A stretch of 45,403 bases of DNA, taken from IMG/VR virus record IMGVR_UViG_3300009156_000009. One strand, given 5' to 3'. The number at the start of each line of letters is the position of its first letter. The first letter of the stretch is position 1. Under the pieces are notes generated by a model that worked only from the letters and a program-made list of their open reading frames with translations, did not search any database and had not been told where the DNA came from. This stretch comes from a virus. This document shows, in pieces, positions 35,405-44,390 of this stretch. A program made the position numbers and the translations under genes.

Positions 35405-38376
35405 GCGACTTCTTCGCTGAAGCCGAAGTCCTGATCCGTCCGAATACGGCCGGGTTCCGTCCCGCGCTGGAAGCGGAGCTACTGGCTGCCACTCGCGGTC
35501 TGACCGTTCCGGTTTCAGTCATCCCCACGACCACAGGGGCAGGACTGGGGGCGGTGCAGGCCGAGGCGCGCAAGACCACTGCTGCGCTGGATAGCGTGCG
35601 AAACGCAGAGCTTGCAGGAATCGCGGCTTCCAGGGATGCGAGTAGGGCCGCGGCTGTTCATGCGAAGCAACTCGGGCAGTTGGAGAAGGGCGCTCTCGCT
35701 GCTTCGCTCTCGTTTACTGGACTTCGTGGGGCCGTTCTTGCAGCCAGCGCTCCCTTCCTTTTGGCAACGGTGGCGGTTACCGCCTTCGCCCGCGGAATCC
35801 AGCAGGCAGCGTCCTTTGAGCGCGAGCTCAACGTCTTCCAGGTCACCGCTCGCGCGACCGCGGACGAGATGGAACGGGTGCGGGAGGAGTCACGCGCGCT
35901 CGGTAGGGACATCTCACTTCCGGGTGTCTCTGCGGCGGATGCAGCACAGTCGATGACGGAGCTCGCCAAGGCGGGTCTGGACGTGGAGCAGTCGCTCGCG
36001 GGAGCTAGGGGCGTGTTGCAGCTTGCAACGGCAGCGCAGATCTCCAACGCCGAAGCAACCGAACTGGCGGCGAACGCCCTCAATGCCTTCAACCTCTCCG
36101 GCGACCAGACGATCCACGTCGCTGATTTGCTCGCGAACGCGGCCAACGAGTCCCAGGGCTCGATCCTGGATATGGGGATTGCGCTCCGTCAGTCGGCCGC
36201 GGTCGGCAGGCAACTCGGACTGTCCCTCGATGAGACGGTCACGATGCTCACGATCCTTGCGCGCGCAGGACTCGCCGGATCGGATGCGGGAACGTCTCTC
36301 CGCGTTGCCCTCACTCGTCTGATAGCCCCCACAGGAGATGCGGCGGAAGAACTAGACAAGCTGAACGTCTCTCTCCGGGATGCGCAGGGGAACCTCCGCC
36401 CCGACGTGTTCGTGCAGATCGGTGAGGCGATGGCAGACCTCGGCAAGCAGGAGCAGGCACGGGTGCTGTTCGAGATCTTCGGCCAGGACGCGCAGCGCGC
36501 CGCTGCCATCCTCGCCCGCGAGGGACTTCCCGCTCTCCAGGAGATGACTCTGGCTCTTCAGCGGCAGGGAGCAGCAGCGGAGATCGCAGGAGCGCGCACG
36601 GAGGGATTCTCCGGGAAGTTGGAAGGGCTCGGCTCCGAGTTGGAGACGGTGGGCACGAACCTCGAGTTCCTTCTCATCCCACTGGGAGGGGTCGTAGATC
36701 TCTTCCGCGCGCTGGCTGAGGGGATCAACTCGTCTTTCGACTTTCTACGCAAGCTAGGGAAGGAGATCGACCAGGCTTCCAAGCCAGCCGTCAACTTCGC
36801 CGGGCGTATCAAGGATGCGAGCGACAGGACGGATGCCTTCGTGGGGAACTTGCTTCGTGGCATCCCCGGCATCGACCGTGCGGCAGATGCCCTGGACAAA
36901 CTCGGCTCTGACGCTCCGAACCGGATCGCTCAGGTTCAGGAGCTGTCCAGCAGATTCGAAGAGCAGGGGAGCGTCCTTGCCGACAATGCGAAGTTCCTGG
37001 ACGAGATCATCACCCGGCTCGGGCGGCTGCCGACAGATGCCGAGGTGGTTCGCATCACTCTCGACCCGAGCCAGGCGCGATCCGCTCTCAAAGAGGTCGT
37101 AGACGACGCGCGCGAGAACGGAACACTCTCCGCTGAGGCGTTGGCAGAAGCATTCCGCCGCGAGTCTCAGGCGAGTGCGGGGACCCTTACCGAGCCTCTC
37201 CGCCGTGGTCTCAGCGACTTCCAGGCCGAGGCCGGAGCCCAGGGACAGGCCGCAGGGGAAGCGTTCATCAGAGGGTTCAACGACGCTCAAGTTCGAGGAC
37301 AGCTTCAAGCTCAGAAGACCGCTGTGGCGCAGGCGCAGGCGTTCGGTGAGACGGGCCTGGAGGAGCTTCAGGCGGAACTGGATCGGATCGACCGCATCCT
37401 CGCCTCCAAGCGTCGCCCGACCGGGCCGGCGCTGGAGTCTCTGTTCAACGAGCGCATGGCTGTCATCAACGAGATCAGGTCGATCCAGGAGCGTGCCGCT
37501 TCGGAGACGAAGGCCGCCGCCGACGACGTTCGCCGCGCGCGAGACGAGCAGGATCAGGCCATTCTCGATGCGATCGGCCTGGAGGAGCAGCGTCGCCAGA
37601 ACGCGATCATCAGCGCCCAATCCGACGAAGCGCTCCAGAACGACCTCCAGGCTCAGATATCCCTGCGCAACTTCTACCGCTCGGCGCTTGCTGAGGTGCG
37701 AAAGACGGTCCAGGATGCTCAGACGAAGGCACAGGCCATCGCCGGACTCACGCAGGATCTGATCCGCGCGAACCAGGCGATCAGGCACACGCGAGAGCAA
37801 CTGCGCGAGCAGCGCCAGCAGGAGCGCCGTGACCGGATTCGTGAGCGGCAGGAGGGGCTGGAACTCGACCTACAGATCGCTCAGGCCACCGGCAACGTGG
37901 GGGCACAGAGGCGAGCGCTCCAGGCCGAGATCAAGTTCTACCAGGAGCGCATCCGGGCCACGCGCGCAGGCTCCAACCAGCGCAAGCGCTGGATCCTCGA
38001 GCTTCGCCGCGCGCAGGCCGAGTTGAGGGAGTTGAAGGGCGAGGGAGCGAAGACGCAAGCCGCCTTCAAGGAGCTTGCCTTCGAGTTCCTGACCACGCAG
38101 CAGGGCTTCGCTGCCAACCTCTTCGGCAACCTCATCCCCACCTCCGCCACCGGCAACCTCGTCTCTCCCGGCGCGGCGGCACAACCCGCCTCCCGCGTCA
38201 ACCAGGCGGCGGCCCTCGCCCAGACGCAGCAGGGCTTCTCGAAGTCGGAGGTTGCGACCGAGCTCGACCTTCTGCGCATGATGCTCGCGGAGCTGAAGGC
38301 GATCCGCTCCGGCAAGGCGTTCCCGGAGGCCACCTACCAGCGCCACCAGACCGCAGGAACGATGGAGACTCAGTAA
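35401..38376 (+). CDS. Tape measure protein
   Basis: A 991-aa Ala/Glu/Arg/Gln/Leu-rich helical protein. The TTGA start overlaps the chaperone stop, and the position is canonical. Confidence 0.9.
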   Translation: MSDFFAEAEVLIRPNTAGFRPALEAELLAATRGLTVPVSVIPTTTGAGLGAVQAEARKTTAALDSVRNAELAGIAASRDASRAAAVHAKQLGQLEKGALAASLSFTGLRGAVLAASAPFLLATVAVTAFARGIQQAASFERELNVFQVTARATADEMERVREESRALGRDISLPGVSAADAAQSMTELAKAGLDVEQSLAGARGVLQLATAAQISNAEATELAANALNAFNLSGDQTIHVADLLANAANESQGSILDMGIALRQSAAVGRQLGLSLDETVTMLTILARAGLAGSDAGTSLRVALTRLIAPTGDAAEELDKLNVSLRDAQGNLRPDVFVQIGEAMADLGKQEQARVLFEIFGQDAQRAAAILAREGLPALQEMTLALQRQGAAAEIAGARTEGFSGKLEGLGSELETVGTNLEFLLIPLGGVVDLFRALAEGINSSFDFLRKLGKEIDQASKPAVNFAGRIKDASDRTDAFVGNLLRGIPGIDRAADALDKLGSDAPNRIAQVQELSSRFEEQGSVLADNAKFLDEIITRLGRLPTDAEVVRITLDPSQARSALKEVVDDARENGTLSAEALAEAFRRESQASAGTLTEPLRRGLSDFQAEAGAQGQAAGEAFIRGFNDAQVRGQLQAQKTAVAQAQAFGETGLEELQAELDRIDRILASKRRPTGPALESLFNERMAVINEIRSIQERAASETKAAADDVRRARDEQDQAILDAIGLEEQRRQNAIISAQSDEALQNDLQAQISLRNFYRSALAEVRKTVQDAQTKAQAIAGLTQDLIRANQAIRHTREQLREQRQQERRDRIRERQEGLELDLQIAQATGNVGAQRRALQAEIKFYQERIRATRAGSNQRKRWILELRRAQAELRELKGEGAKTQAAFKELAFEFLTTQQGFAANLFGNLIPTSATGNLVSPGAAAQPASRVNQAAALAQTQQGFSKSEVATELDLLRMMLAELKAIRSGKAFPEATYQRHQTAGTMETQ

Positions 38377-38855
38377 TGGCCGATCTCTCGACTTCTTACG
38401 TCCTCACCACTCCCGGCCCGGACATCACCTTCAACTCAGGCGACCTCGGAGACGGGACGGACAAGTACTGGATCCAGGAGATCCCCGGCCTGGACGGGCC
38501 GGACGTGCGCGCACCCATCGACCCGGTGCCCTTCGGGGATGGCGGGATCATTCACACCTTCTGGCAGGGGCCGCGGCAGATCACCATCGACGGCGTGCTC
38601 ATCATCGAGACGGTGGCGCTCAATTCCGCCGCCTGTCAGCAGGCGCTCAACGTCATGGAGGACAACCTGCGCCAAGCGGTCGTCTCCATCATCGCCGCCG
38701 ACGGCACACTTGCCTGGACACCGGCGGGCCTCTCTGCGCGCTCCCTCACCGTGCGCCACAACGGGCAGCCGCGCCTGGACGTCCGCCCCATCGAGAACTA
38801 CCACCTGCGCCAGTTCATGTTCAGCCTCGTCTCCGAATCCTCGAGCTGGGCATGA
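38376..38855 (+). CDS. Minor tail protein (distal-tail/Dit-like position)
   Basis: The start overlaps the tape-measure stop (TAATG). The 159-aa protein is the first gene after the tape measure. Confidence 0.55.
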   Translation: MADLSTSYVLTTPGPDITFNSGDLGDGTDKYWIQEIPGLDGPDVRAPIDPVPFGDGGIIHTFWQGPRQITIDGVLIIETVALNSAACQQALNVMEDNLRQAVVSIIAADGTLAWTPAGLSARSLTVRHNGQPRLDVRPIENYHLRQFMFSLVSESSSWA

Positions 38856-40048
38856 GCCTCGCGGTCGCCATCGACGGCTCCAACGTCTCCACCGTCTCCC
38901 TTTCCGGATCAGTCACCCGCCGCCTAAACCGACCGGCGCAGGCGCGGGTCCGGATCCCCTACGACTCCGCGGTGGGAGGCGCAGGCTCCCGGCTCAAGAT
39001 CACGATCAACGGCTCCCTGCACTTCCACGGCTTCGTGCTCCTGTGCGAGCTCGACTCCGGAGAGGACGACGGCTACATCATCTACAACGCCGAGGACCCG
39101 ATGGAGCTGTGGCGCTGGCGGCCCGCTCGAGACGGCCCAGCTTCCGCCGATCCAGGAGACTTCTCCAAGCCCACCTTCTTCGAGAACCTCCTCTACGCCC
39201 CACTCATCATGGAGGACATCCTCACTCAGTCCGAGGACGATGCTGACCCCGCACTCGGGGAGGGGCCGCTCTTCCTGGACATCGGGACGGTGGAATCGAC
39301 GACCGTGGACGTGAGCGGGGCACCGACCGACTGGCCGATGACCATCGCGGAGATCCAGAGCCTGCTCGCGAACGCGGGCGTGCTGGACACGATCATCACC
39401 CCCACCGATCCCGGTGGCGGAGTGATGGGAACGGTCGATCTCTACAAGGGCGACCACGGGACCGACCTCTCCGGCTCGGTGGTGTTCGAGTACGCGACGG
39501 GCGCGAAGAACGTGCGCCGCGTGCGCTGGAACGACGACATCACGAACATGTGCAACAAGCTCTGGTACTACCTCGGTCCCAGGGTGGGCACCGCTGCTGA
39601 CCCGGCCGGCGACCAGCACTGGTGCGCCAACGTCACCGGCACCTCGACCTTCCCCTCCACGGTCATCGGGGCCGGGGACCTCACCTCGCTGCTCTCCGAG
39701 CGCGACTCCTCCCAGGACTCCTATGGAGTGCGCATGGACATCAAGATCTGGGACGCGCAGGGTGACTGCTCCTCGCCGGTCATGGGCTATGACCTTTACA
39801 AGCGCCTGTGGGTGATCGAGAGCCGTCTGCGCCAGCGCGTCCACTCTCTCATCCACATCACCCCGACGAGGGACGCCGGGATCCTCGCCTTCGACATCGG
39901 GGACCTGGTGGGGGTGGAGATCTCCTCCGCCATCCGCGGTGGTGTCTCGGCGGCGCAGCGGGTGTACGAATACACGATCTCCTGGGAGCCCGACGGCCCC
40001 TTCGAGTTGAGCGAGCTAGTGACGACAGCGGTACAGGAGGGCTTCTAG
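38852..40048 (+). CDS. Minor tail protein (tail-tip/Tal-like position)
   Basis: ATGA overlap start, 398 aa, the second gene after the tape measure. Confidence 0.55.
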   Translation: MSLAVAIDGSNVSTVSLSGSVTRRLNRPAQARVRIPYDSAVGGAGSRLKITINGSLHFHGFVLLCELDSGEDDGYIIYNAEDPMELWRWRPARDGPASADPGDFSKPTFFENLLYAPLIMEDILTQSEDDADPALGEGPLFLDIGTVESTTVDVSGAPTDWPMTIAEIQSLLANAGVLDTIITPTDPGGGVMGTVDLYKGDHGTDLSGSVVFEYATGAKNVRRVRWNDDITNMCNKLWYYLGPRVGTAADPAGDQHWCANVTGTSTFPSTVIGAGDLTSLLSERDSSQDSYGVRMDIKIWDAQGDCSSPVMGYDLYKRLWVIESRLRQRVHSLIHITPTRDAGILAFDIGDLVGVEISSAIRGGVSAAQRVYEYTISWEPDGPFELSELVTTAVQEGF

Positions 40049-40660
40049 ATGACCAGACCCGTAGGTGAGCCATCCATCTCCAAGGAGCAGGGCTCGCAAG
40101 ACTTCGGCATCCGCCAGCTCTTCCGGCGGCCCGCCCAGGACGCCTGTCCCTGCCCGGTCCCCTGGGCTCGTCTCTTCTTCGGAGGGAACACGGCTACGAC
40201 CGGTACCTGGACGAATGCCAACATGACGGATGGTGAGAGCTATGGAGAGGAAACACCTGGAGACATCTTCACGTTCAACGATCTCGGCTCAAGACTCGCG
40301 CTGATTCTGGAAGCGAACGGGCTCTACCTCGTGAACATGATCGTGACCTGGACGAACACATTTCCTGAGTACCGCGCAATCGACATGCAGCAGGGGCTGG
40401 GAGATCACCTACACGGCGAGGGCTATGGGTTGACGCAGAGCAAGGGGCCATTTCCCACGGACGGTAACGACTTCTTCCTGGTCGATCATGTGACCTCGTT
40501 CATCTTCAAGAGCGATAGCGTGAACACGCCTGATCCAACGCTAGATCCGCGGGTGATCCAGTTCTCGGGGGTGAACCGCGGCTTCGATGTTCACTCGCTC
40601 AGAGTCATGTATCTAGGAGAGATGGGTGCCGAGGCCGATTGGAACTTCTTTAGCGCGTGA
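40049..40660 (+). CDS. Minor tail or putative receptor-binding protein (203 aa)
   Basis: The ATG directly follows the upstream TAG. It is beta-rich and is the last gene of the contiguous tail block. Confidence 0.5.
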   Translation: MTRPVGEPSISKEQGSQDFGIRQLFRRPAQDACPCPVPWARLFFGGNTATTGTWTNANMTDGESYGEETPGDIFTFNDLGSRLALILEANGLYLVNMIVTWTNTFPEYRAIDMQQGLGDHLHGEGYGLTQSKGPFPTDGNDFFLVDHVTSFIFKSDSVNTPDPTLDPRVIQFSGVNRGFDVHSLRVMYLGEMGAEADWNFFSA

Positions 40661-40816
40661 GCGATGACGCAGATCGGTATCGGTGGAGGGATAGTCGTAC
40701 TCATCTCCGAACGGAGACGACATCGTTGTGAACGTCCCCAACGGATACGCAATCGCACGTTGAGGCATCCGCCGTCTGCCCCCATACTCGCCGGAAAGGG
40801 GAGAGGGAGCGTGTGA

Positions 40817-41035
40817 TTGCCGAATCGAGGAGCATCCGACGAGGCGCGCTGGCGATGGTACGGGCAGGTGCGGGATCTTCTCCTGCTGATGGTCGGTATC
40901 GCTCTGGTCTGGTACGAGGCCGTCTCCGGGCATAGCGATGTCCCGATCCTCGTCATCGCCGGCGGGTGCATGGGCATCTTCACCATAGGACAGGTGACGA
41001 GATGGTTCGTGGGAAGGAACGGGAATGGAAAATGA
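40817..41035 (+). CDS. Membrane protein (72 aa, 2 TM segments)
   Basis: The TTG start lies 7 nt after GGGAGAGGGAG. Hydrophobic segments are LLLLMVGIALVWY and ILVIAGGCMGIFTIG. Confidence 0.5.
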   Translation: MPNRGASDEARWRWYGQVRDLLLLMVGIALVWYEAVSGHSDVPILVIAGGCMGIFTIGQVTRWFVGRNGNGK

Positions 41036-41382
41036 GTGAGGCAGGTGAAGCTCGGGTCATCCGTTTCGAGGTCATCCTGGGACTGCTGTACGCCGTCCTC
41101 TTCATCGCATTCATCGTCGGTGGCTACCTCTTCGTCGGCGCGCGCAACGAGCTCCGGCAGGAGAACCTGCGCGCCAACGAGATTCGTTCCATCGAGAACT
41201 GCAACGACGTGCAGAAGCTCAAACTCTCCATCCGGCAGTTCCTGGTCGACATCGACGCTGACCGGACAACCATTCTTGCTGCGGACCGCGCCTTCTCCCC
41301 TCTTCCCGGAGGTTCCTTCATCAACGAAAGGGGGGAGCGACAATGGCGAGGGTGTGGAGAGTTCCCGCAGCCGCTGGGCTGA
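41032..41382 (+). CDS. Membrane-anchored protein (116 aa, N-terminal TM segment)
   Basis: ATGA overlap start. The TM segment is VILGLLYAVLFIAFIVGGYLFV. The 3' end overlaps the next gene by 40 nt. Confidence 0.5.
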   Translation: MSEAGEARVIRFEVILGLLYAVLFIAFIVGGYLFVGARNELRQENLRANEIRSIENCNDVQKLKLSIRQFLVDIDADRTTILAADRAFSPLPGGSFINERGERQWRGCGEFPQPLG

Positions 41383-41780
41383 TCGGCGCGCTCGTTCTCG
41401 GCTTCGGCCTGAAAGGTGAGAGCGCGAGCGCGTGCAAGACCGGAGAAGTGCAGGGATATGCGCTCGTCACCGGCACACGCCTGACCGGGCCGGGAGGGAT
41501 CCCCCCCACGTTCACGAACGCACAGCGCTACTTCGGCCGCCGCTACAACTGCGCGGGGCGGCTGGTGCAGGTGCGACGAGTGGACGACGGCTCCTACATC
41601 GTGCGCTTCCCCGGCAACCGGGCGGTGGCTGCGCTGGCCGACTCCGCCACCGCCGACGGCTCTTCCTCGAGCGCGGTCGCCATGGGCAGAGGGCAGTTCC
41701 ATGTGCGCATTCTCGGCCCCGGAATCGAGCGTAACGTCCTAGAACCGCGTGATACTCCCTTCGTCATCGTGCTCGTCTAA
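41343..41780 (+). CDS. Putative secreted protein (145 aa) with a signal-peptide-like N-terminus
   Basis: The ATG is preceded by GGGGGGAGCGACA. The N-terminus is MARVWRVPAAAGLIGALVLGFGL..SASAC. Confidence 0.55.
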   Translation: MARVWRVPAAAGLIGALVLGFGLKGESASACKTGEVQGYALVTGTRLTGPGGIPPTFTNAQRYFGRRYNCAGRLVQVRRVDDGSYIVRFPGNRAVAALADSATADGSSSSAVAMGRGQFHVRILGPGIERNVLEPRDTPFVIVLV

Positions 41781-41789
41781 GGAGGAGCT

Positions 41790-42173
41790 GTGGTCACCCT
41801 GCTCAATGAGTTCACCGAGGATCCGACCGTCGTAGCGCTCGCTGCACTGGTTGCGCTGGACGTGATCCTCGGAGTCACATCCGCTCTCGTGCGCAAGACG
41901 TTCAAGCTCGTTCTCGTCTCGGACTTCCTGCGCGCCGACGTGCTGGGGAAGCTCATCCCCTACTACGCGGTGTGGGCGGCGGTCCACGTCACGGGGGATG
42001 TCAACCTCGGGGACTTCGGAGTGATCGAGGAGACGACCGGCGCGCTTGCCATCGCCGCCATCGGTGCCTCCGTGCTCAACTCCCTGAACGAGCTGCGGCT
42101 GCACCAGGCGGCTCAGCCGTCGCTGACCGCGACTCAGGTGCTCGCCTCCGACGACCCCACGACTCCCGGCTAG
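41790..42173 (+). CDS. Holin-like membrane protein (Phage_holin_4_1/LL-H-like pattern)
   Basis: The GTG is preceded by AAGGAGGAGCT. VVALAALVALDVILGVTSALVRKTFKL...GKLIPYYAVWAAVHV resembles the ..D.i.G...A...k.. holin signature (memory-level). It is the last gene of the late operon. Confidence 0.5.
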   Translation: MVTLLNEFTEDPTVVALAALVALDVILGVTSALVRKTFKLVLVSDFLRADVLGKLIPYYAVWAAVHVTGDVNLGDFGVIEETTGALAIAAIGASVLNSLNELRLHQAAQPSLTATQVLASDDPTTPG

Positions 42174-42178
42174 AACGA

Positions 42179-42207
42179 GAAAGGCCCGACGAGGGGCCGG
42201 GCCTTTC
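42179..42207. terminator. Bidirectional intrinsic terminator hairpin between the convergent late (+) and accessory (-) operons
   Basis: The arm gaaaggcccg (42179-42188) pairs with cgggcctttc (42198-42207), giving a 10-bp stem with a 9-nt loop. It begins 6 nt after the holin-like gene stop. Confidence 0.65.
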
Positions 42208-42253
42208 TACGGGGAAGGAGTGAACTTCCGCGCGCAGTATAACGTGCGCGCCT

Positions 42254-42559
42254 CTATATCTCAACTCCGTTCAGGAATGCTCGCCTCTTGACCTCGGCGG
42301 CGATCTCCTGCCGCTCTTCCTTGCTCATGTCGGGTTGCCGAACAAAGGAGGGGTTGCCCTTCCTGCGGTAGCGCTTGGGCCGAAGGTTCGGATGGGCCTC
42401 TCTGCGGTGCTGTCTCGCCTCCTCCCGCGCTTCCAGCGTCGGCCCGGTGTGCGACCACTCCGGGCAGAACATGCAGCGGATGGTGACCGGGATCGCGTTC
42501 CAGCGCTCGAGCTCGCGCTCGCGGTACTCAGCGGCGTTGTAGGCGCGCACTTCGGTCAC
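42254..42559 (-). CDS. Hypothetical basic protein (101 aa) with a C..C...H....H zinc-finger-like motif
   Basis: ORF-track ORF containing RCMFCPEW...ARQHRREAH. It terminates just upstream of the bidirectional hairpin. Confidence 0.55.
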   Translation of the reverse strand: MTEVRAYNAAEYRERELERWNAIPVTIRCMFCPEWSHTGPTLEAREEARQHRREAHPNLRPKRYRRKGNPSFVRQPDMSKEERQEIAAEVKRRAFLNGVEI

Positions 42560-42581
42560 GTTGTCGGCTTCGAGGTTTCCC

Positions 42582-42725
42582 TCATGCCTGTTTGACCAGC
42601 CAGTAGGCGAGGGCGAGCAAGAGGATGAATGGCGAAAGGACGATCAGGAGACTGAGCGCAGAGACAACCAAGCCGAACGCAACGATCAGCCACTCAATCG
42701 GACTCGAACCGCCATTAGAGGCCAT
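42582..42725 (-). CDS. Possible mini membrane protein (47 aa)
   Basis: Hand-translated as MASNGGSSPIEWLIVAFGLVVSALSLLIVLSPFILLLALAYWLVKQA. Third-position GC is about 70%. No clear RBS. Confidence 0.35.
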   Translation of the reverse strand: MASNGGSSPIEWLIVAFGLVVSALSLLIVLSPFILLLALAYWLVKQA

Positions 42726-42813
42726 TTGCGCTCCAGGCAAACTGCTTCCTTGACATCCACGCCGAGCGGTGGGACCATGAGCGCGTCAGGGTTCCCAACG
42801 TAGGAGGCAGGCG

Positions 42814-43038
42814 ATGAAGGTAAGCGCGTATCTCGAAGCTCACGGCTGGCAGAGAAGTGACGAACCCGCCGGGTTTGTCGGAGAGTGCGGAGCGTCCAGC
42901 GATACGGTCGGCTACTGCGAGAAGTCGGCTCGTTGGAGTCGAGGCGGAGGGCACCTGTGCGCCCAACACGCAGCGCAGGCCCAGAGACTTGAGGATGCTG
43001 CCCCTTGGCCGAAGATCGCGGCGGTGCGGGAACCCTGA
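42814..43038 (+). CDS. Small Cys/His-containing protein (74 aa)
   Basis: The ATG lies 6 nt after AGGAGG. Two hairpins follow downstream. The competing antisense ORF 42715..43179 is Ser/Leu/Arg-rich and would span those hairpins. The strand call remains ambiguous. Confidence 0.45.
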   Translation: MKVSAYLEAHGWQRSDEPAGFVGECGASSDTVGYCEKSARWSRGGGHLCAQHAAQAQRLEDAAPWPKIAAVREP

Positions 43039-43077
43039 CAAGCTCTCGCCTCCGGCCGCGTTAGCCAACGTGGGGTA

Positions 43078-43097
43078 GGGGCAGGCGTCCCTGCCCC
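43078..43097. terminator. Strong hairpin GGGGCAGG-CGTC-CCTGCCCC between convergent genes. A second 6-bp hairpin lies at 43103-43117.
   Basis: Seen directly: an 8-bp GC stem with a 4-nt loop, 40 nt after the stop of 42814..43038 (+) and 79 nt after the stop of the methyltransferase (-). Confidence 0.5.
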
Positions 43098-43175
43098 CGT
43101 TCGGCTGCTCGGCAGCCTCAGTCAACCCACCATGACCGAGCTTGAGAAGCACAGAAGGCGTATTCGAGGTTTTGC

Positions 43176-43754
43176 TCATACCGCAGCCTCCATGTCCATC
43201 TGTTCACGCTTGGCTGCATCGTCGCTGCCGGAGCGTGGATGCGTCAGCGGTAGCCGCGTCTGCCGTTTCCAGGATTCCCAGCAGCGGGTGACGATGCCTG
43301 AGCCGGGGAACAAGTCGTGGAGATCGTCGCCGTCTTCAAGGTTGAGAAGCTCAAAGATCCAGAAGCAGAACGCCTCCGGCTTAGATCCTTTCGTGCCGTT
43401 GTGGTTGCGAAGAACAATGTTCGCGCTGATCCAGTCCTTGCCAGCGCCCGCGCGCCGAGTGTCCTTCCGTCCGCCGCGCCAGATGACCGGTTCCCAGGCG
43501 TAGGAGATGCGGACGTTCTTCTTGATGACAGCGAAGGGCTTGACCCAGGCACCCACGCGCACGTCATCAGGGCACAGAGGCAGCAAGACACGCAGCGAGG
43601 GCACATGACAACTGAGCGCCCAGCCGTCCGGGTATTCGCTTGCGAGGCGCTGGATCAGCGCAGGGTGGTCGACCTCGCCCGCGTAGTCGGGATGGTCTTT
43701 GTAGTGCTTCCTGGACTGGCCGATGTACGGCGGATCGGCGTAAGCGACCCTCAC
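43176..43754 (-). CDS. DNA amino-methyltransferase (N6-adenine/N4-cytosine, beta-class motif order)
   Basis: It has an N-terminal ADPPY (motif IV) and a C-terminal DLFPGSG (motif I, FxGxG-like). The IV-to-I order indicates the beta class. 192 aa. Confidence 0.8.
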   Translation of the reverse strand: MRVAYADPPYIGQSRKHYKDHPDYAGEVDHPALIQRLASEYPDGWALSCHVPSLRVLLPLCPDDVRVGAWVKPFAVIKKNVRISYAWEPVIWRGGRKDTRRAGAGKDWISANIVLRNHNGTKGSKPEAFCFWIFELLNLEDGDDLHDLFPGSGIVTRCWESWKRQTRLPLTHPRSGSDDAAKREQMDMEAAV

Positions 43755-43770
43755 CGGCCCGATCCCTTCG

Positions 43771-43797
43771 GATCAGGCGTCAGGCAGCTAACAGCGG
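43771..43797 (+). repeat. 27-bp direct repeat GATCAGGCGTCAGGCAGCTAACAGCGG, copy 1
   Basis: An exact match to 44298-44324. It lies in the intergenic gap between the methyltransferase start and the 43888 promoter. Confidence 0.9.
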
Positions 43798-43887
43798 CGC
43801 AGCTCGTCAGGCGTCGAATCCCTGCGCTCGAGGGGTTCGAGGCGACAGGAGTCAGCGGCGTATTCGAAACTTCTCTCGTCACGGGAC

Positions 43888-43916
43888 TTGACAAGGCTCC
43901 CCCAACCTGTCAATAT
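43888..43916 (+). promoter_or_regulatory. Candidate promoter TTGACA - 17 nt - CAATAT driving an apparently leaderless transcript
   Basis: There is a perfect -35 at 43888-43893 and a -10-like CAATAT at 43911-43916. The ATG at 43924 lies 8 nt after the -10 with no SD sequence. Confidence 0.4.
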
Positions 43917-43923
43917 GTGTGAC

Positions 43924-44133
43924 ATGGAGACAGCGACTTATGAGTACAACGCAGCGGCCGTCAACGCCTACAGCAGCAAGTTCGGTGGCCCTGGCATCGA
44001 CATCGGCTACGAGCTTCTCCGCCGCGAAGTCGGCAAGCGCAAGTGGGAAGTCGTCGGCAAGACCCAGGACTGGCGGGAGGCTTACGATTGGGCCGCCCAG
44101 TCCGGCTTCATCCTTCGTCAGCCCCGCAACTGA
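43924..44133 (+). CDS. Hypothetical protein (69 aa), first gene of the leaderless two-gene cassette
   Basis: An in-frame ATG within ORF 43888..44133, positioned at the predicted transcription start. The stop overlaps the next ATG. Confidence 0.5.
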   Translation: METATYEYNAAAVNAYSSKFGGPGIDIGYELLRREVGKRKWEVVGKTQDWREAYDWAAQSGFILRQPRN

Positions 44134-44318
44134 TGACCCCGCTAGATCAGATTCGGAGGCAACGCCAGAACAGGGACGAAGCGCAAGAATGGATGGAGAA
44201 GCACATTCGCTACGCGCACAAATGTGGCATCTCGCTGAGGGCGATAGCCGAAGCTGCTGGCATGAGCCATGAGTCCGTGCGCCGCCTGATTCGTACAGAT
44301 CAGGCGTCAGGCAGCTAA
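44133..44318 (+). CDS. Small helix-turn-helix DNA-binding protein (61 aa)
   Basis: GISLRAIAEAAGMSHESVRRLI is a classic HTH. Third-position GC is lower than in neighbouring genes. The last 7 codons lie inside copy 2 of the 27-bp repeat. Confidence 0.6.
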   Translation: MTPLDQIRRQRQNRDEAQEWMEKHIRYAHKCGISLRAIAEAAGMSHESVRRLIRTDQASGS

Positions 44319-44324
44319 CAGCGG
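44298..44324 (+). repeat. 27-bp direct repeat, copy 2
   Basis: An exact match to 43771-43797. It covers the 3' end and stop of the HTH gene, and its last 6 nt form the left arm of the downstream hairpin. Confidence 0.9.
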
Positions 44325-44338
44325 TACGGGTGCCGCTG
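44319..44338. terminator. Hairpin CAGCGG-TACGGGTG-CCGCTG between convergent genes
   Basis: A 6-bp stem followed by CCCCATTTA. It lies between the HTH gene stop (44318) and the stop of the minus gene 44391..44624. Confidence 0.4.
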
Positions 44339-44390
44339 CCCCATTTACGAGGCGGCGTGTAGAGCCGCATCCCCCACCACGCATCACGAC

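Noticed and set aside
40665-40816. 50-aa ORF (MTQIGIGGGIVVLISERRRHR...) in the 156-bp gap after the last tail gene
   Set aside because: It has mediocre third-position GC, an Arg-rich low-complexity product and no RBS. The gap more likely carries regulatory sequence and the RBS of the TTG-initiated membrane protein at 40817.
42697-42712. GGCGGTTCGAGTCC on the minus strand, which resembles a tRNA T-arm (GGTTCGAGTCC)
   Set aside because: The flanking bases do not form a T-stem (GGCGG versus CCGAT) or an acceptor stem. No D-arm or anticodon arm can be drawn. The segment lies inside a plausible small membrane-protein ORF.
42715-43179. Minus-strand 154-aa ORF that starts with an ATGA overlap on the methyltransferase stop. 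If real, it would make the 43.7-42.25 kb block a single minus-strand operon.
   Set aside because: The product is Ser/Leu/Arg/Pro-rich and unprotein-like. It would have to read through two strong hairpins (43078-43097 and 43103-43117). The opposite-strand ORF 42814..43038 has a near-perfect AGGAGG RBS. Codon-position GC was equal for the two, so this remains a close call and is flagged as ambiguous.
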